From contig JAIBDD010000006.1 of the NCBI GenBank assembly GCA_024679565.1, positions 24,177-88,176 of the forward strand: a stretch of 64,000 nt of DNA, written 5' to 3'. This stretch comes from Bacteroidota bacterium (GTDB taxonomy: Bacteria > Bacteroidota > Bacteroidia > NS11-12g > UBA9320). The notes under the pieces were generated by a model, which searched no databases, had not been told where the DNA came from, and worked only from the letters and a program-made list of their open reading frames with translations. Below are positions 38,339-48,826 of the stretch, piece after piece; the first letter of the stretch is position 1; every line of letters begins with the position of its first letter. Position numbers and translations under genes: made by a program.

Positions 38339-41218
38339 TTATACTACTAAATTTACTATTCTACCAGGCACAACAATTACCTTCTTCGGTTGTTTGCCGT
38401 CTAACCATTTTTGAACTTCAGCATCCTGTAATACTGCAGCTTCAATTTCGTCTTTACTTAAACTCAACGAAAGCTCAATGTTGGTACGTGTTTTTCCGTT
38501 GATCGATATTGGATAGTTCTTACTGTCTTCAACCAAATGTTTTTCATCGAAAGAAGGCCAAGTTGCTAAGGCTATTGATTCTTCTCTTCCACCCATTTCC
38601 CAAAGTTCTTCTGCTATATGCGGCGCAAAAGGGGATAACACGATTAAGAATTGATCTAATATTTCTTTGTTTTGGCATTTCTGATCCGTGAATTCGTTCA
38701 CGGCAATCATAAAGGTACTCACACAAGTATTCAATGAAATGCGCTGTACGTCTTCAGATACTTTTTTAATCGTAGCGTGCAGCGTTTTTAGTGATTTTTT
38801 ATCGGCTGGATTCGCATTCGGAATATAATTTCCTTCTTTGTCAACAAACAGTTTCCATGTCTTTTTTAAGAATCGATAGACGCCATCAATGCCACTAATG
38901 TTCCAAGGTTTGGCATCCTCTAAAGGACCTAAAAACATTTCGTACAATCTTAATGTGTCAGCACCATACTCTTCACAAATGTCGTCGGGGTTTACAACGT
39001 TAAACCATCGTTTAGACATTTTGCCAATCTCTGATTTTGTATAACAAATTGGTTCGATGGCATCTCCATCAGCTTCGAAAATACCGTCAATTACTTTCCC
39101 ATTCGAACATTCAAACACAGCATCGCTATATTCAGGTCTCCATTCTTTAAACTGGCGAATTCCGTCAATATTTAAAAAAGAAGGGGTGTCTGTTTTTTTA
39201 TAATCGGTAACGAAATCAACATGTACCGGAATTTGTGTAAAATCAGCGGGGTTGTCGACTAACCCAGAACTCACAAAATGACTTTTGCCGTCAATTTTTT
39301 CTTTGCGCAGGTAAATAGATTCAACGATACCTTGAATCATACCTTGATTTACCAATTTTTTGAAAGGTTCGTCAAACGGGAGTACGTTAATATCTGATAA
39401 AAACTTTGTCCAAAAACGACTATAAAGTAAATGGCCAGTAGCATGCTCAGCTCCGCCTACATAAAAGTCAACTTGTCCCCAATATTTAATGGCATCATTT
39501 GATGCGATTATCTGATCATTATTAGGATCCATATAACGAAGAAAGTACCAACTACTTCCGGCCCATCCAGGCATTGTATCTGTTTCTCTTCTACCTTGTG
39601 GTGTGTTCACCCAATCGTCAATGGCTGCAAGAGGAGAGGCTCCACTGCCAGTCGGTTTGTAGCTGTCTACAGTAGGTAAAGTTAACGGCAAGTCATTGTC
39701 GCCCAAAAGTGATGGGATATTATCATCATCAAAAATGACAGGAATTGGTTCACCCCAATATCGTTGTCTTCCAAATCCAGCATCGCGAAGCTTAAAGTTT
39801 ACTTGCGCCTTGCCCAATTTCTTGTCGTCAATAAAAGCTATCGCCTCTTTTATCGCTATCGTAACGTCTAGGCCATTAAGAAAGTCAGAATTGATGCACT
39901 TTCCTGTTTTGGCATCAAATGAAGCTTCTTGAACATCCGCTTCATCATTTTCAATGACTTGAATAATATCTAGGTTAAACTTTTTTGCAAAACTGTGATC
40001 ACGCGAATCATGAGCTGGAACGGCCATAATAGCCCCCGTGCCATATCCTCCCAAAACATAATCGGCAACATAAATGGGTACCTGTTTGCCTGTGAATGGA
40101 TGTGTGCAGTAACTTCCTGTAAATGCACCGGTAACGTTTTTAACCTCGCTCATGCGCTCACGCTCAGAACGATTTTTTGCCCATTCCACATACGCTGACG
40201 CTTCGTCTGCTTGGTCTGCATGAATCAAGTCTGCCGTCCATTCATGTTCTGGAGCGATTACCATAAATGTAGCTCCGAAAATGGTATCTGGTCTGGTTGT
40301 AAATATTTCTAATGACCGACCAGCAGTATCGTTGTGAATAGGGAAGTTTACTGTTGCGCCCTCGCTTCGACCAATCCAGTTGCGTTGAATTTCTTTTATC
40401 GAATCACTCCAATCAATAGCGTCCAGTCCGTCTAACAATCGTTGTGCATAAGCAGTAATACGCAAAAACCATTGCGTCATCGGCTTTTTTATAACTGGGT
40501 AGCCTCCACGTTCAGATAAACCATCTTTAACTTCTTCGTTGGCTAATACCGTGCCTAACTCCTCACACCAATTGACCGTTGTTTCGTGTATAAAAGCCAG
40601 TCTGTAGTGTTGTAAAATATCTTCTTTTTGTCGCTTATTGTAGTGTAACCACTCTTCTGCTATAAAATCATCAACCTCTCCGCCAGCATGCGCAACATTT
40701 ATGTTTCCTTCGTTTTCAAAGATGGCAACCAAATTGTCAATATGTTCAGCCCTATTTGATTTGATATTATACCAGTGATTGAATAATTGCTTGAAAATCC
40801 ATTGTGTCCATTTGTAGTAATCGGGTTCACAAGTTCTTACTTCTCTTGACCAATCAAAACTAAAACCAATGCGATCTAGTTGACTTCGATAACGTGCAAT
40901 ATTTTCTGCTGTAGTTTCAGCAGGATGTTTACCCGTTTGTATTGCATATTGCTCAGCAGGTAAGCCAAAAGCATCGTATCCCATCGGGTGCAACACGTTA
41001 AACCCATTTTGTCTTTTGTATCTACTAACAATGTCTGAGGCGATGTATCCTAATGGATGGCCAACATGTAAGCCTGCTCCAGAAGGGTATGGGAACATAT
41101 CAAGCACATAATATCCAGGTTTGCTTGATTGGTTGTCGACACGATATAGTTTTCGCTCGCGCCAGTTTTGTTGCCATTTATGTTCTATAAATCGATGATT
41201 GTAATGTGCTTCTGACAT
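38339..41218 (-). CDS. leuS: leucyl-tRNA synthetase
   Basis: 959 aa. Has the class I HIGH motif (PYPSGAGLHVGH) and KMSKS (GKMSKRW), plus CP1 editing-domain insertions typical of bacterial LeuRS. Confidence 0.95.
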   Translation of the reverse strand: MSEAHYNHRFIEHKWQQNWRERKLYRVDNQSSKPGYYVLDMFPYPSGAGLHVGHPLGYIASDIVSRYKRQNGFNVLHPMGYDAFGLPAEQYAIQTGKHPAETTAENIARYRSQLDRIGFSFDWSREVRTCEPDYYKWTQWIFKQLFNHWYNIKSNRAEHIDNLVAIFENEGNINVAHAGGEVDDFIAEEWLHYNKRQKEDILQHYRLAFIHETTVNWCEELGTVLANEEVKDGLSERGGYPVIKKPMTQWFLRITAYAQRLLDGLDAIDWSDSIKEIQRNWIGRSEGATVNFPIHNDTAGRSLEIFTTRPDTIFGATFMVIAPEHEWTADLIHADQADEASAYVEWAKNRSERERMSEVKNVTGAFTGSYCTHPFTGKQVPIYVADYVLGGYGTGAIMAVPAHDSRDHSFAKKFNLDIIQVIENDEADVQEASFDAKTGKCINSDFLNGLDVTIAIKEAIAFIDDKKLGKAQVNFKLRDAGFGRQRYWGEPIPVIFDDDNIPSLLGDNDLPLTLPTVDSYKPTGSGASPLAAIDDWVNTPQGRRETDTMPGWAGSSWYFLRYMDPNNDQIIASNDAIKYWGQVDFYVGGAEHATGHLLYSRFWTKFLSDINVLPFDEPFKKLVNQGMIQGIVESIYLRKEKIDGKSHFVSSGLVDNPADFTQIPVHVDFVTDYKKTDTPSFLNIDGIRQFKEWRPEYSDAVFECSNGKVIDGIFEADGDAIEPICYTKSEIGKMSKRWFNVVNPDDICEEYGADTLRLYEMFLGPLEDAKPWNISGIDGVYRFLKKTWKLFVDKEGNYIPNANPADKKSLKTLHATIKKVSEDVQRISLNTCVSTFMIAVNEFTDQKCQNKEILDQFLIVLSPFAPHIAEELWEMGGREESIALATWPSFDEKHLVEDSKNYPISINGKTRTNIELSLSLSKDEIEAAVLQDAEVQKWLDGKQPKKVIVVPGRIVNLVV

Positions 41219-41407
41219 GGATAATTCGCCACTTAAAACTTAGCTGCGAAAATAACGACATTAAACAACAATGATTGAATTACAGAAGGTCTGAATTGTT
41301 GAATTAATTTGAAATGAAAAAGACAGAAGAAATGCGGGTAAAATTTAAAGGCAGTAGCGATTAAATTTACCTATTCTTCAGTGAAAAAATGGGTTAACAA
41401 GAAGCTA

Positions 41408-42076
41408 TTACTCTACGTCAAAACCATATTCAGTTTTAATTTCTGCCGCCGTTTTTACCACAAACTTCATTTGCATTTTAATTCTGTCTTGTGGACGGTT
41501 CGTACGGGTATCAATTCTTGGTTGTTGGACAATTGTTTCTGCTACGCTCGTATTTTTTATGACACGACCAAAAACGGTATAGGCCCCATTTAGGTGTGCG
41601 GTTCCTGTCTCGCTAACAACAATGTAAAATTGCGAACCACTTGACGCCCTTTGTGGGTTTTGAGTATCACCTAGTCTTGCGGCGGCAACTGCACCTAAAA
41701 CATGAGGATATTTGTTGGCGTCAATTTCTGCAGGAATAGTGTATCCCGGACCTCCGGTTCCGTCGTTGCTTCTATCGGCATCTTTACTTAACGGGTCACC
41801 GCCTTGAATCATGAAATTTGGAATGATTCGATGAAATTCAGTATCGTCGTAAAACCCTTCGCCAACCAATTTGTGAAAGTTAGCGCGATGCTTTGGTGTG
41901 CCTTTGTACATGTACATGGTCATTGTTCCATGATCTGTACTTACTTCAATTAATGTATCCGTTGCTGTCGGGTCTGTATTGGAAGTATCTGCAGGTGTGG
42001 GTGTTTCTTCTTCATCTTTACAAGAGAATAAACATAGACTAGCGACCAATAACCAAAGTATTCCTTTTAATTTCAT
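41408..42076 (-). CDS. cyclophilin-type peptidyl-prolyl cis-trans isomerase lipoprotein
   Basis: 222 aa with a lipoprotein signal (LLVASLCLFSC). Cyclophilin core HRIIPNFMIQGGD...GTGGPGY...FGRVI. Confidence 0.85.
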   Translation of the reverse strand: MKLKGILWLLVASLCLFSCKDEEETPTPADTSNTDPTATDTLIEVSTDHGTMTMYMYKGTPKHRANFHKLVGEGFYDDTEFHRIIPNFMIQGGDPLSKDADRSNDGTGGPGYTIPAEIDANKYPHVLGAVAAARLGDTQNPQRASSGSQFYIVVSETGTAHLNGAYTVFGRVIKNTSVAETIVQQPRIDTRTNRPQDRIKMQMKFVVKTAAEIKTEYGFDVE

Positions 42077-42234
42077 GGCAGCAAGATAAATATTTTTAAG
42101 AATTTAGACGCAAAGAGTAATTAGAGGATAAAGAAAAGAGAATATGGAAAATAGAACATAGAAAATAGAACATAGACGAGAGAAGGTGGACTATTCAGAC
42201 ATTCAATCCTTCAATCCATCAATCCTTCAATCCC

Positions 42235-45200
42235 TCACCCCTTAACAGGCCACTCCAAATAGAATGTAGACCCAACACTTAATTCTGAATCAAACCAAAT
42301 TCGACCGTGGGCACCTTCAATCATCTTTCGTGTAATAGCCAGCCCAAGACCCATACCGCTATTTTTTGTGCTAAAATTGGGGACGAAAATTTTAGAAGCA
42401 TCTTTGGGGTCGATACCTTTACCATTGTCTTTTATACTCACTACTACCTTCGCGTTTTTGACGCTCATTTCAACGACAATTAAGCCTTTGCGGTCGGTAG
42501 AAATAGATTGAATTGCATTTTTAATCACATTGTTGAAAATCCGACCGAGCTGTTCTCGATCTGCGTGAACGACAACATCAGGTAAATTGTCGGGGTACTG
42601 AAAAACAACGTGTTCACTTTTTTCGAACAAAGTGATTGTATTGACAAGGCTTTGAGAAATGTTGCAGTCTTCAAAGTTGTGCGTAGGCATTTGTGCAAAA
42701 GAGGAAAACTCTGTTGCCAGTTTTGATAAGCTATCAATTTGTTCAATCAGCACAGCTGTCACCCTTTTAAAGGTTTCTTCCAAACGCTCATTTTTGTCTC
42801 CCCAAGCACGTTGTAGGTGCTGGATATTAAGTTTCATTGGGGTTAAAGGATTTTTGATTTCATGGGCCACTTGTCTGGCCATTTCCTTCCAAGCACCTTC
42901 ACGCTCGCTCTCACTTAATTTAGTTGCACTTTCGCCCAACTGGATCACCATTTTGTTATACTGTTTCACCAATCGGCCAATTTCGTCGTTGCGTTTCCAT
43001 TCAATCAACTCATTCGCACTTAATCCTGTTCGTGACATCTTTTCACGTATAATCTGTAAAGGTTTGCTAATGCGTTGAGAAACGATATACGCTAAGGTTA
43101 TCGCAACTAATATTAGGAAAAGATACAGGTTTACAAAGGTTACGGTGTAAGAGGAAATCTCACTATTTAACTCCTTTTGGCGGGAGTAATAAGGAAGATT
43201 TAAGTAGGCAACAATCTGCCTTTTGTCATTAATCAAGGGTAAGTACGCAGACGTAAATTTTAAGTTTCTTATCGATTCGGATTGCAACAATTGGGAGGTG
43301 TTTTCCTCTTTGAAAGTGCGTAACGCTTCAGGGTTCATTAACGGAGCGGTAAGCCCCTTCTGGTAGATATCTTCAATGCTTGAGGCTAGAAGAAAACCTG
43401 AACTGTCAAATAAGTTGGCATCGATTTTATAGATGTCACCAATGTCGTTAACGATCAGTTGACGTGATTCTTTGTCTTGTAACTTGGTGGCAAAGTCTAC
43501 CTCATTTTGTAGCTGATTGGCAACTTCACGAATCTTGTACATCAGTTCGTTTTCTGATCTGTTTTGGTCATTGATTTCGATAAACTGTATAGTGACATAA
43601 ATGGAAACCAAAAGTCCGGCAAACACGAGTAAAACCATGGCCAGTCGAATTCTTGTACTTAAGTATACCTGTTCAATACCTAGTTTGTCGAGTTGTTGCT
43701 GGCGGGTAAACTTAAATGACTTAAACTCTGATGACGTGCCCCATTTTCTTAGAAACCATTGCTGCAGGCTAAGTGTCAAGACCCAGATTGTACCAAACGC
43801 TGTGAAACACAGGATGAAAAAGATAAATCCAAAACTAAACGTAGATACAGTTCTTTTTAATTGGTTTCCAGGATGACTTAACACTACTATCGCCTGTTCT
43901 TGGTCACTGATAAAGTGCTTATAACTGGCAGATGAAAATAATGAGCTACTCGAAACGAAATGTGTGGAGTCGTAATGTAAGTTGTACGGATAAGTTCCTT
44001 TCTGATTTAAGAGCTTTCCGTTGCTATATAGAGCATAAGAATAGTCGTCAATATCGAACAGTCGATTGTCTTTTTTACGGCTTATAAGTTGCGGGTATTC
44101 GTAAGAACTTTGAATAAACTTGGGTTCTAAAAGTACGAATACCGATCCGTAGTGTCCGTTTAAATCACAGTTTTCGAATTTCGCTAAGTATCCATTAAAT
44201 ATTCTATCACTCTTTACTTGGTAAAAATGATTGCTCAGTGTTTGAAATGACTTGAAATTGTATATCTCATCCAGGTCCTTAAAGTTGTATAACGTCGACG
44301 AATTGATGTTGTTCCCAAAAGCATCAAAACTCAATACCAACATATTGTATTTATCCAAATACCCAGAAAAGTATAAGCGTCTAAGCCTTTGCTCAAACTG
44401 CTCTTTCTTTTGACTAAATATTTCTAAATCTTCAGGAACTAAGAATTGTTGTGCCAATTCACTCTCCATCTCTTTGAACAAATACTCTGCGGGTAAATCT
44501 TTATTCGAAATGAGCTTAGAGGCATAAAGATTTAAATACTCCGCTTCCTTTTTTTCTTGAAACAACTGTACCGAGGTGGTATAAAAAACCGTAAAAAGAA
44601 CGATGTGTCCGATGTATTTATATATGCCAATTTTTCGTTTTACTTTAAATATTGCATAGTATAAAAACGCTGAAGCGGTTAAGGTAAAAAGTATGGAAGG
44701 GGTTAAGCCCGTTAAACTTCTTTTGGCGTCAATACGTTGAAATACGACAAATACAACAAGACCGATTACAACCGTCAGTAAATAATGAAACCCCTGTCTA
44801 TCAATCTTCTTAATTCTTTGATACAATGCCGATGTCAAAGCATACCAAATCCAAAATAAGAGGGAAACCAGCACAACGGCGATGAGTGTGTAAGCCGTTA
44901 TGGTTGAAAGATGAGTGACGTCAAAAGAAATGTTCGAATTGGCTATGAGGCTGCGTAAAAGTGAACGAATTAAGTCTGCCGAGAAGAATCCGAATATTGT
45001 TGATAGAGTGAAGGCTATAAATACCATCACCCGACCTTTTACATGAATCTTTCTTAAAACCTGAAGCAGTGCAAGTGTGACGATAATTGCGGTACAGATG
45101 TGCAATCCTAAATCACCTAAGGATGGCAGTAAATCTGAACTGGCATAAATCATGGGGTCAAATACCCCAAGTGCTGCCAGACCGTGACCCATAACGTCAT

Positions 45201-45870
45201 GAAAACTAAGCACGCGAATGAGTATAGCAAATCCTGCCGTTACGATACTGCCCAACAGCCAACTCCTATGGCTAATAAAAGCAGCAAACAATAGGAGAAA
45301 CATGGCAATTAAGTAGTAAGTTCCAGCAAGTTCTGGGCCCACACGCTTGCCGTAAAAGCTTAGGTATACAGAATTGTTCAGCAACCCATAATTTGTTTCT
45401 TTCTTTTGAAGTTCAAATTGCTGCCCTTTAAGCGGTGTAAGTCTGTTTTCGTTTTGAAACTGACCAGATTCGCTACGGGTAAGTTTATAAGACAGGATTG
45501 CGGTTTGCTCTTTAAGTGGAACAACTAATTCCCACCCTGATTGATGTTGATGCAGATGTGGTTCGCTTTTCGTAAATACAGCGCTATCTGGCATCCATTC
45601 ATTTGACGTCCACTCTTTTATCTTGCCATCTCGCATTTGAAAGAAAGTCCAATCCCTGTTGACGTTTTTTGCGTCGGTCAGTTCAGATAGGTCTTTGCTA
45701 AGCGATGTGCCGTCTTCAATTAAGTCAATTAAGAATTGATTGGTGGCTGAGGTCCAAACCTGTTTTTGTTCGGTCTTATCTGCTTCTGTATCGCAATTTG
45801 ATTTATGCGCTAAATAGAATAATACTGCTGAGGTGAGTAGCAGTGCAGCTATGGTAATTTTTCGAATCAA
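42235..45870 (-). CDS. multi-domain membrane sensor histidine kinase (orphan; no response regulator gene in the window)
   Basis: 1211 aa. Order of parts: signal/TM, a ~170-aa extracytoplasmic domain, a ~7-TM block (7TMR-DISM-like), a further extracytoplasmic region and extra TMs, then a C-terminal HisKA (VAHEIKNPLTPM) and HATPase_c (GMGLGLAITRKM...GSTFYLEW). Confidence 0.8.
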   Translation of the reverse strand: MIRKITIAALLLTSAVLFYLAHKSNCDTEADKTEQKQVWTSATNQFLIDLIEDGTSLSKDLSELTDAKNVNRDWTFFQMRDGKIKEWTSNEWMPDSAVFTKSEPHLHQHQSGWELVVPLKEQTAILSYKLTRSESGQFQNENRLTPLKGQQFELQKKETNYGLLNNSVYLSFYGKRVGPELAGTYYLIAMFLLLFAAFISHRSWLLGSIVTAGFAILIRVLSFHDVMGHGLAALGVFDPMIYASSDLLPSLGDLGLHICTAIIVTLALLQVLRKIHVKGRVMVFIAFTLSTIFGFFSADLIRSLLRSLIANSNISFDVTHLSTITAYTLIAVVLVSLLFWIWYALTSALYQRIKKIDRQGFHYLLTVVIGLVVFVVFQRIDAKRSLTGLTPSILFTLTASAFLYYAIFKVKRKIGIYKYIGHIVLFTVFYTTSVQLFQEKKEAEYLNLYASKLISNKDLPAEYLFKEMESELAQQFLVPEDLEIFSQKKEQFEQRLRRLYFSGYLDKYNMLVLSFDAFGNNINSSTLYNFKDLDEIYNFKSFQTLSNHFYQVKSDRIFNGYLAKFENCDLNGHYGSVFVLLEPKFIQSSYEYPQLISRKKDNRLFDIDDYSYALYSNGKLLNQKGTYPYNLHYDSTHFVSSSSLFSSASYKHFISDQEQAIVVLSHPGNQLKRTVSTFSFGFIFFILCFTAFGTIWVLTLSLQQWFLRKWGTSSEFKSFKFTRQQQLDKLGIEQVYLSTRIRLAMVLLVFAGLLVSIYVTIQFIEINDQNRSENELMYKIREVANQLQNEVDFATKLQDKESRQLIVNDIGDIYKIDANLFDSSGFLLASSIEDIYQKGLTAPLMNPEALRTFKEENTSQLLQSESIRNLKFTSAYLPLINDKRQIVAYLNLPYYSRQKELNSEISSYTVTFVNLYLFLILVAITLAYIVSQRISKPLQIIREKMSRTGLSANELIEWKRNDEIGRLVKQYNKMVIQLGESATKLSESEREGAWKEMARQVAHEIKNPLTPMKLNIQHLQRAWGDKNERLEETFKRVTAVLIEQIDSLSKLATEFSSFAQMPTHNFEDCNISQSLVNTITLFEKSEHVVFQYPDNLPDVVVHADREQLGRIFNNVIKNAIQSISTDRKGLIVVEMSVKNAKVVVSIKDNGKGIDPKDASKIFVPNFSTKNSGMGLGLAITRKMIEGAHGRIWFDSELSVGSTFYLEWPVKG

Positions 45871-45873
45871 AGT

Positions 45874-46839
45874 TTAAAAGTAAGCATCCTGTTGCAAATA
45901 GAATTTAACATAGTCACTTATAGCATCCTCAAGTTGCGTAAATCCTTTTTGATAACCTTGTTGCAACGTTCGTGCCATTTCTGCTTTTGTGTAATACTGG
46001 TATTTGTCTCGAATGTCTTCGGGCGTAGGGATGTATTCTATATTTGGTTTTAACCCTAATGCACTAAAAGTCGCATGTGCTAAATCATTAAATGTTCTTG
46101 GTGTGCCTGTACCAAGATTGTAAACGCCGCTTCCACTTTTACGTTCATACCAAAACAGCATAACCTCAATTAAGTCTTTGACATAAATAAAATCTCGTGT
46201 TTGACCACCATCTGAATATTCTGGATTATGAGATTGGAATAATTTCATTTTCCCGGTGGCTTGAATCTGGTGAAAAGCGTGAAATACCACGGATGCCATA
46301 CGGGTTTTGTGGTATTCGTTAGGGCCAAATACGTTGAAGAATTTTAGACCAATCCAAAACGGTGGCTTTTCGGTTTGTTTTACAGCCCATAGGTCAAAAT
46401 CCAACTTGCTTTGTCCGTAAGGATTCAACGGCTTAAGGTGATTCATAGACGCTACATCATCATCAAACCCAAGTGTGCCGTCACCATAGGTTGCGGCCGA
46501 CGACGCATAAATTAAAGGAACATTTTGTTCCGTACAGTATTGCCAAATGGTTTTTGAATAGTTGAGGTTTAATTGATCAAATATGGCTGTGTCAAATTCG
46601 GTGGTATCTGTTCTTGCACCCAAATGAAAAATGAAGTCAATGTCTAACTGTGCGAGTTGACCTAGAAATTCGCTTCGGTCAATTTGACTACAGTTTTCTA
46701 ATCCCAATAGATTGTTTGACTTTTCAGATTTACTAAAATCATCAACAAGAATGAGCGATTTGGATACATTTCGAAATAAATGATGTGCTAAACAGCTTCC
46801 AATAAATCCGGCAGCCCCGGTTACAACAATTTTACCCAT
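45874..46839 (-). CDS. hldD: ADP-L-glycero-D-manno-heptose 6-epimerase HldD (RfaD)
   Basis: The track has a TTG start at 46848. The ATG at 46839 gives MGKIVVTGAAGFIGS (Rossmann fold). YASSAATYG, FNVFGPNE, MASVVFH and EYIPTP match HldD blocks. Confidence 0.75.
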   Translation of the reverse strand: MGKIVVTGAAGFIGSCLAHHLFRNVSKSLILVDDFSKSEKSNNLLGLENCSQIDRSEFLGQLAQLDIDFIFHLGARTDTTEFDTAIFDQLNLNYSKTIWQYCTEQNVPLIYASSAATYGDGTLGFDDDVASMNHLKPLNPYGQSKLDFDLWAVKQTEKPPFWIGLKFFNVFGPNEYHKTRMASVVFHAFHQIQATGKMKLFQSHNPEYSDGGQTRDFIYVKDLIEVMLFWYERKSGSGVYNLGTGTPRTFNDLAHATFSALGLKPNIEYIPTPEDIRDKYQYYTKAEMARTLQQGYQKGFTQLEDAISDYVKFYLQQDAYF

Positions 46840-46874
46840 GTGAGGCAAAGGTAGTAGAATGGATAATTAAAAAT

Positions 46875-47303
46875 TTAATTAAAAACCAGCTGTTGTTTTT
46901 TATAATCGATCACAACATTATAAGATTCTAGCACCTCACCACCTAAAATCATGTCGAAAGGTTTGACGTTTAAGGTGTCGTACATCGCATCAACGTGACT
47001 CACGTCAATTGTGCCAACAACCAATTTTTTGATTTTCAATGATTTGAAACGTAGAGACCTTAACCTAACAAAGGTTGCTTCAACAGATTCAGGTCCAATT
47101 CCAGAGGTGGAGTTGTCTGACACTGATACTTCTTTTAGGCCTTTTAATGTAAGTGCAAACGACTTTGATAAAACGGTTTTACTCGCCCCTGTGTCGATAA
47201 GTACACGTGCTTTTACTCCGTTAACTTTTGCCTTGCAAAAAATGTGGGTACCCTCTTCGCCAAGATGAACAACCTGAATGGGCACGGTTACTTTCTTTTT
47301 CAT
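46875..47303 (-). CDS. retropepsin-like (clan AA) aspartic protease domain protein
   Basis: 142 aa with the LIDTGAS catalytic motif and a C-terminal ILGGEVL flap-like segment. Its ATG overlaps the gpmI stop. Confidence 0.65.
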   Translation of the reverse strand: MKKKVTVPIQVVHLGEEGTHIFCKAKVNGVKARVLIDTGASKTVLSKSFALTLKGLKEVSVSDNSTSGIGPESVEATFVRLRSLRFKSLKIKKLVVGTIDVSHVDAMYDTLNVKPFDMILGGEVLESYNVVIDYKKQQLVFN

Positions 47304-48826
47304 TAATAAAGCGCGTTACCGGTCATTTCTGCCGGTTGTCCGACATTCATAAGTTTTAGAATAGTAGGAGCAACATCGGCCAGTATACCATCTTTCATTT
47401 GGATGTTATCCTCTCCTAAAACGATGCATGGAACTAAGTTTACACTATGAGCCGTATTTGGTGACCCATCTGGGTTTACCGCAAAATCAGCGTTACCGTG
47501 ATCTGCTATTATCACCATTTTGTATTTGTTTTTTAAAGCGGTTTCAACCAATTCTTTAACGCAATTGTCTACCGTTTCACAGGCCTTTTTTATTGCGGAA
47601 AACACTCCGGTGTGACCAACCATGTCAGGGTTAGCGAAGTTTACGCAGAAAAAGTCGACGTCATTTTTGTCAATGGCTGATTTTACCTTCTCTTTTAATT
47701 CTGGAGCACTCATCTCCGGTTTTAAATCGTAGGTCGCCACCTTAGGTGAATTAACTAAGATGCGCTCTTCTCCGTCAAAAGGGGTTTCTCGACCACCGCT
47801 AAAGAAAAAGGTAACGTGCGGATATTTCTCTGTTTCTGCAGCGCGTAATTGTTTCAACCCCAAGTTTTCTAGGTGTTCGCCAATGGTCAGTTTTAGATCA
47901 TTGTTGTCGAAAATTACGTTGACATTTTTGAAGGTCTTATCGTACTCTGTCATGGTGTAATACGACACATCGATTGGTGCCATATTCTGTTCATGGAAAG
48001 TTTCTTGAGTTAAGGCCATAGATATTTCTCGTCCTCTATCTGTACGAAAATTGAAGCAAAGCACAATATCGTTTTCCGTAATTGTTGCCAATGGGTTGCC
48101 GGCCTCATCAACATGAATAATTGGCTTTACAAATTCGTCTGTAACGTCGTCAGTATAAGATTGTTCAATAGCCTCAACGATGTTTCGGGTTTTTTTACCC
48201 ATGCCATGCGCCATTGCATCATAGGCAAGTTTTACGCGCTCCCAACGTTTGTCTCTGTCCATCGCGTAATAGCGTCCAATTAGGCTGGCAAATTTGGCTT
48301 GGCCTATTCTGGAATCATCCATTACATCTTTTACAAAACCTTTACCACTTTTTGGGTCACAGTCTCGACCGTCTAAAAAGCCATGAATGAATGTTTTGCT
48401 ATCCAACCCATTATCTCGCAGGATGCCGCAAAGTGCTTTTAAGTGCTCATCACTACTGTGTACGCCACCATTGCTTACCAAACCCATTAGATGGATGTTT
48501 TTACCTTCTTGTTTGGCTTCTTTTAATAGTTGTTGGAAATTAGATTGTTCAAGAATGGTTTGATCTTCGAATGATTTGTTGATGCGCATGAGCATCTGGT
48601 ACACAACTCTACCTGCACCAATATTGATGTGGCCGACTTCAGAGTTCCCCATTTGTCCTGTGGGCAAACCAACGTTTTCGCCAAAAGTTTTTAAAGTGGA
48701 TGTTGGTGCCAATTCCATCAATCCATCTACAAACGGTGTGTTGGCTTTGTATATAGCATCGGAGTTGTCGTGTTTCCCGATCCCCCAACCATCTAAAATG
48801 AGAAGAATTGCCTTGTTGTGCGCCAT
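47303..48826 (-). CDS. gpmI: 2,3-bisphosphoglycerate-independent phosphoglycerate mutase
   Basis: The track has a TTG start at 48844. The ATG at 48826 gives MAHNKAILLILDGWG, the canonical iPGM N-terminus. The full-length alkaline-phosphatase-superfamily architecture is present. Confidence 0.9.
   Translation of the reverse strand: MAHNKAILLILDGWGIGKHDNSDAIYKANTPFVDGLMELAPTSTLKTFGENVGLPTGQMGNSEVGHINIGAGRVVYQMLMRINKSFEDQTILEQSNFQQLLKEAKQEGKNIHLMGLVSNGGVHSSDEHLKALCGILRDNGLDSKTFIHGFLDGRDCDPKSGKGFVKDVMDDSRIGQAKFASLIGRYYAMDRDKRWERVKLAYDAMAHGMGKKTRNIVEAIEQSYTDDVTDEFVKPIIHVDEAGNPLATITENDIVLCFNFRTDRGREISMALTQETFHEQNMAPIDVSYYTMTEYDKTFKNVNVIFDNNDLKLTIGEHLENLGLKQLRAAETEKYPHVTFFFSGGRETPFDGEERILVNSPKVATYDLKPEMSAPELKEKVKSAIDKNDVDFFCVNFANPDMVGHTGVFSAIKKACETVDNCVKELVETALKNKYKMVIIADHGNADFAVNPDGSPNTAHSVNLVPCIVLGEDNIQMKDGILADVAPTILKLMNVGQPAEMTGNALY

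Noticed and set aside
42190-42210. 16-nt exact match ATTCAGACATTCAATC shared between 42190-42205 (cyclophilin upstream region) and 51797-51812 (hmgA upstream region): possible dispersed repeat or REP element.
   Set aside because: One 16-mer match is about what chance predicts for all pairwise comparisons in 64 kb of AT-biased sequence. Orientation relative to the downstream genes differs, and there is no flanking similarity.
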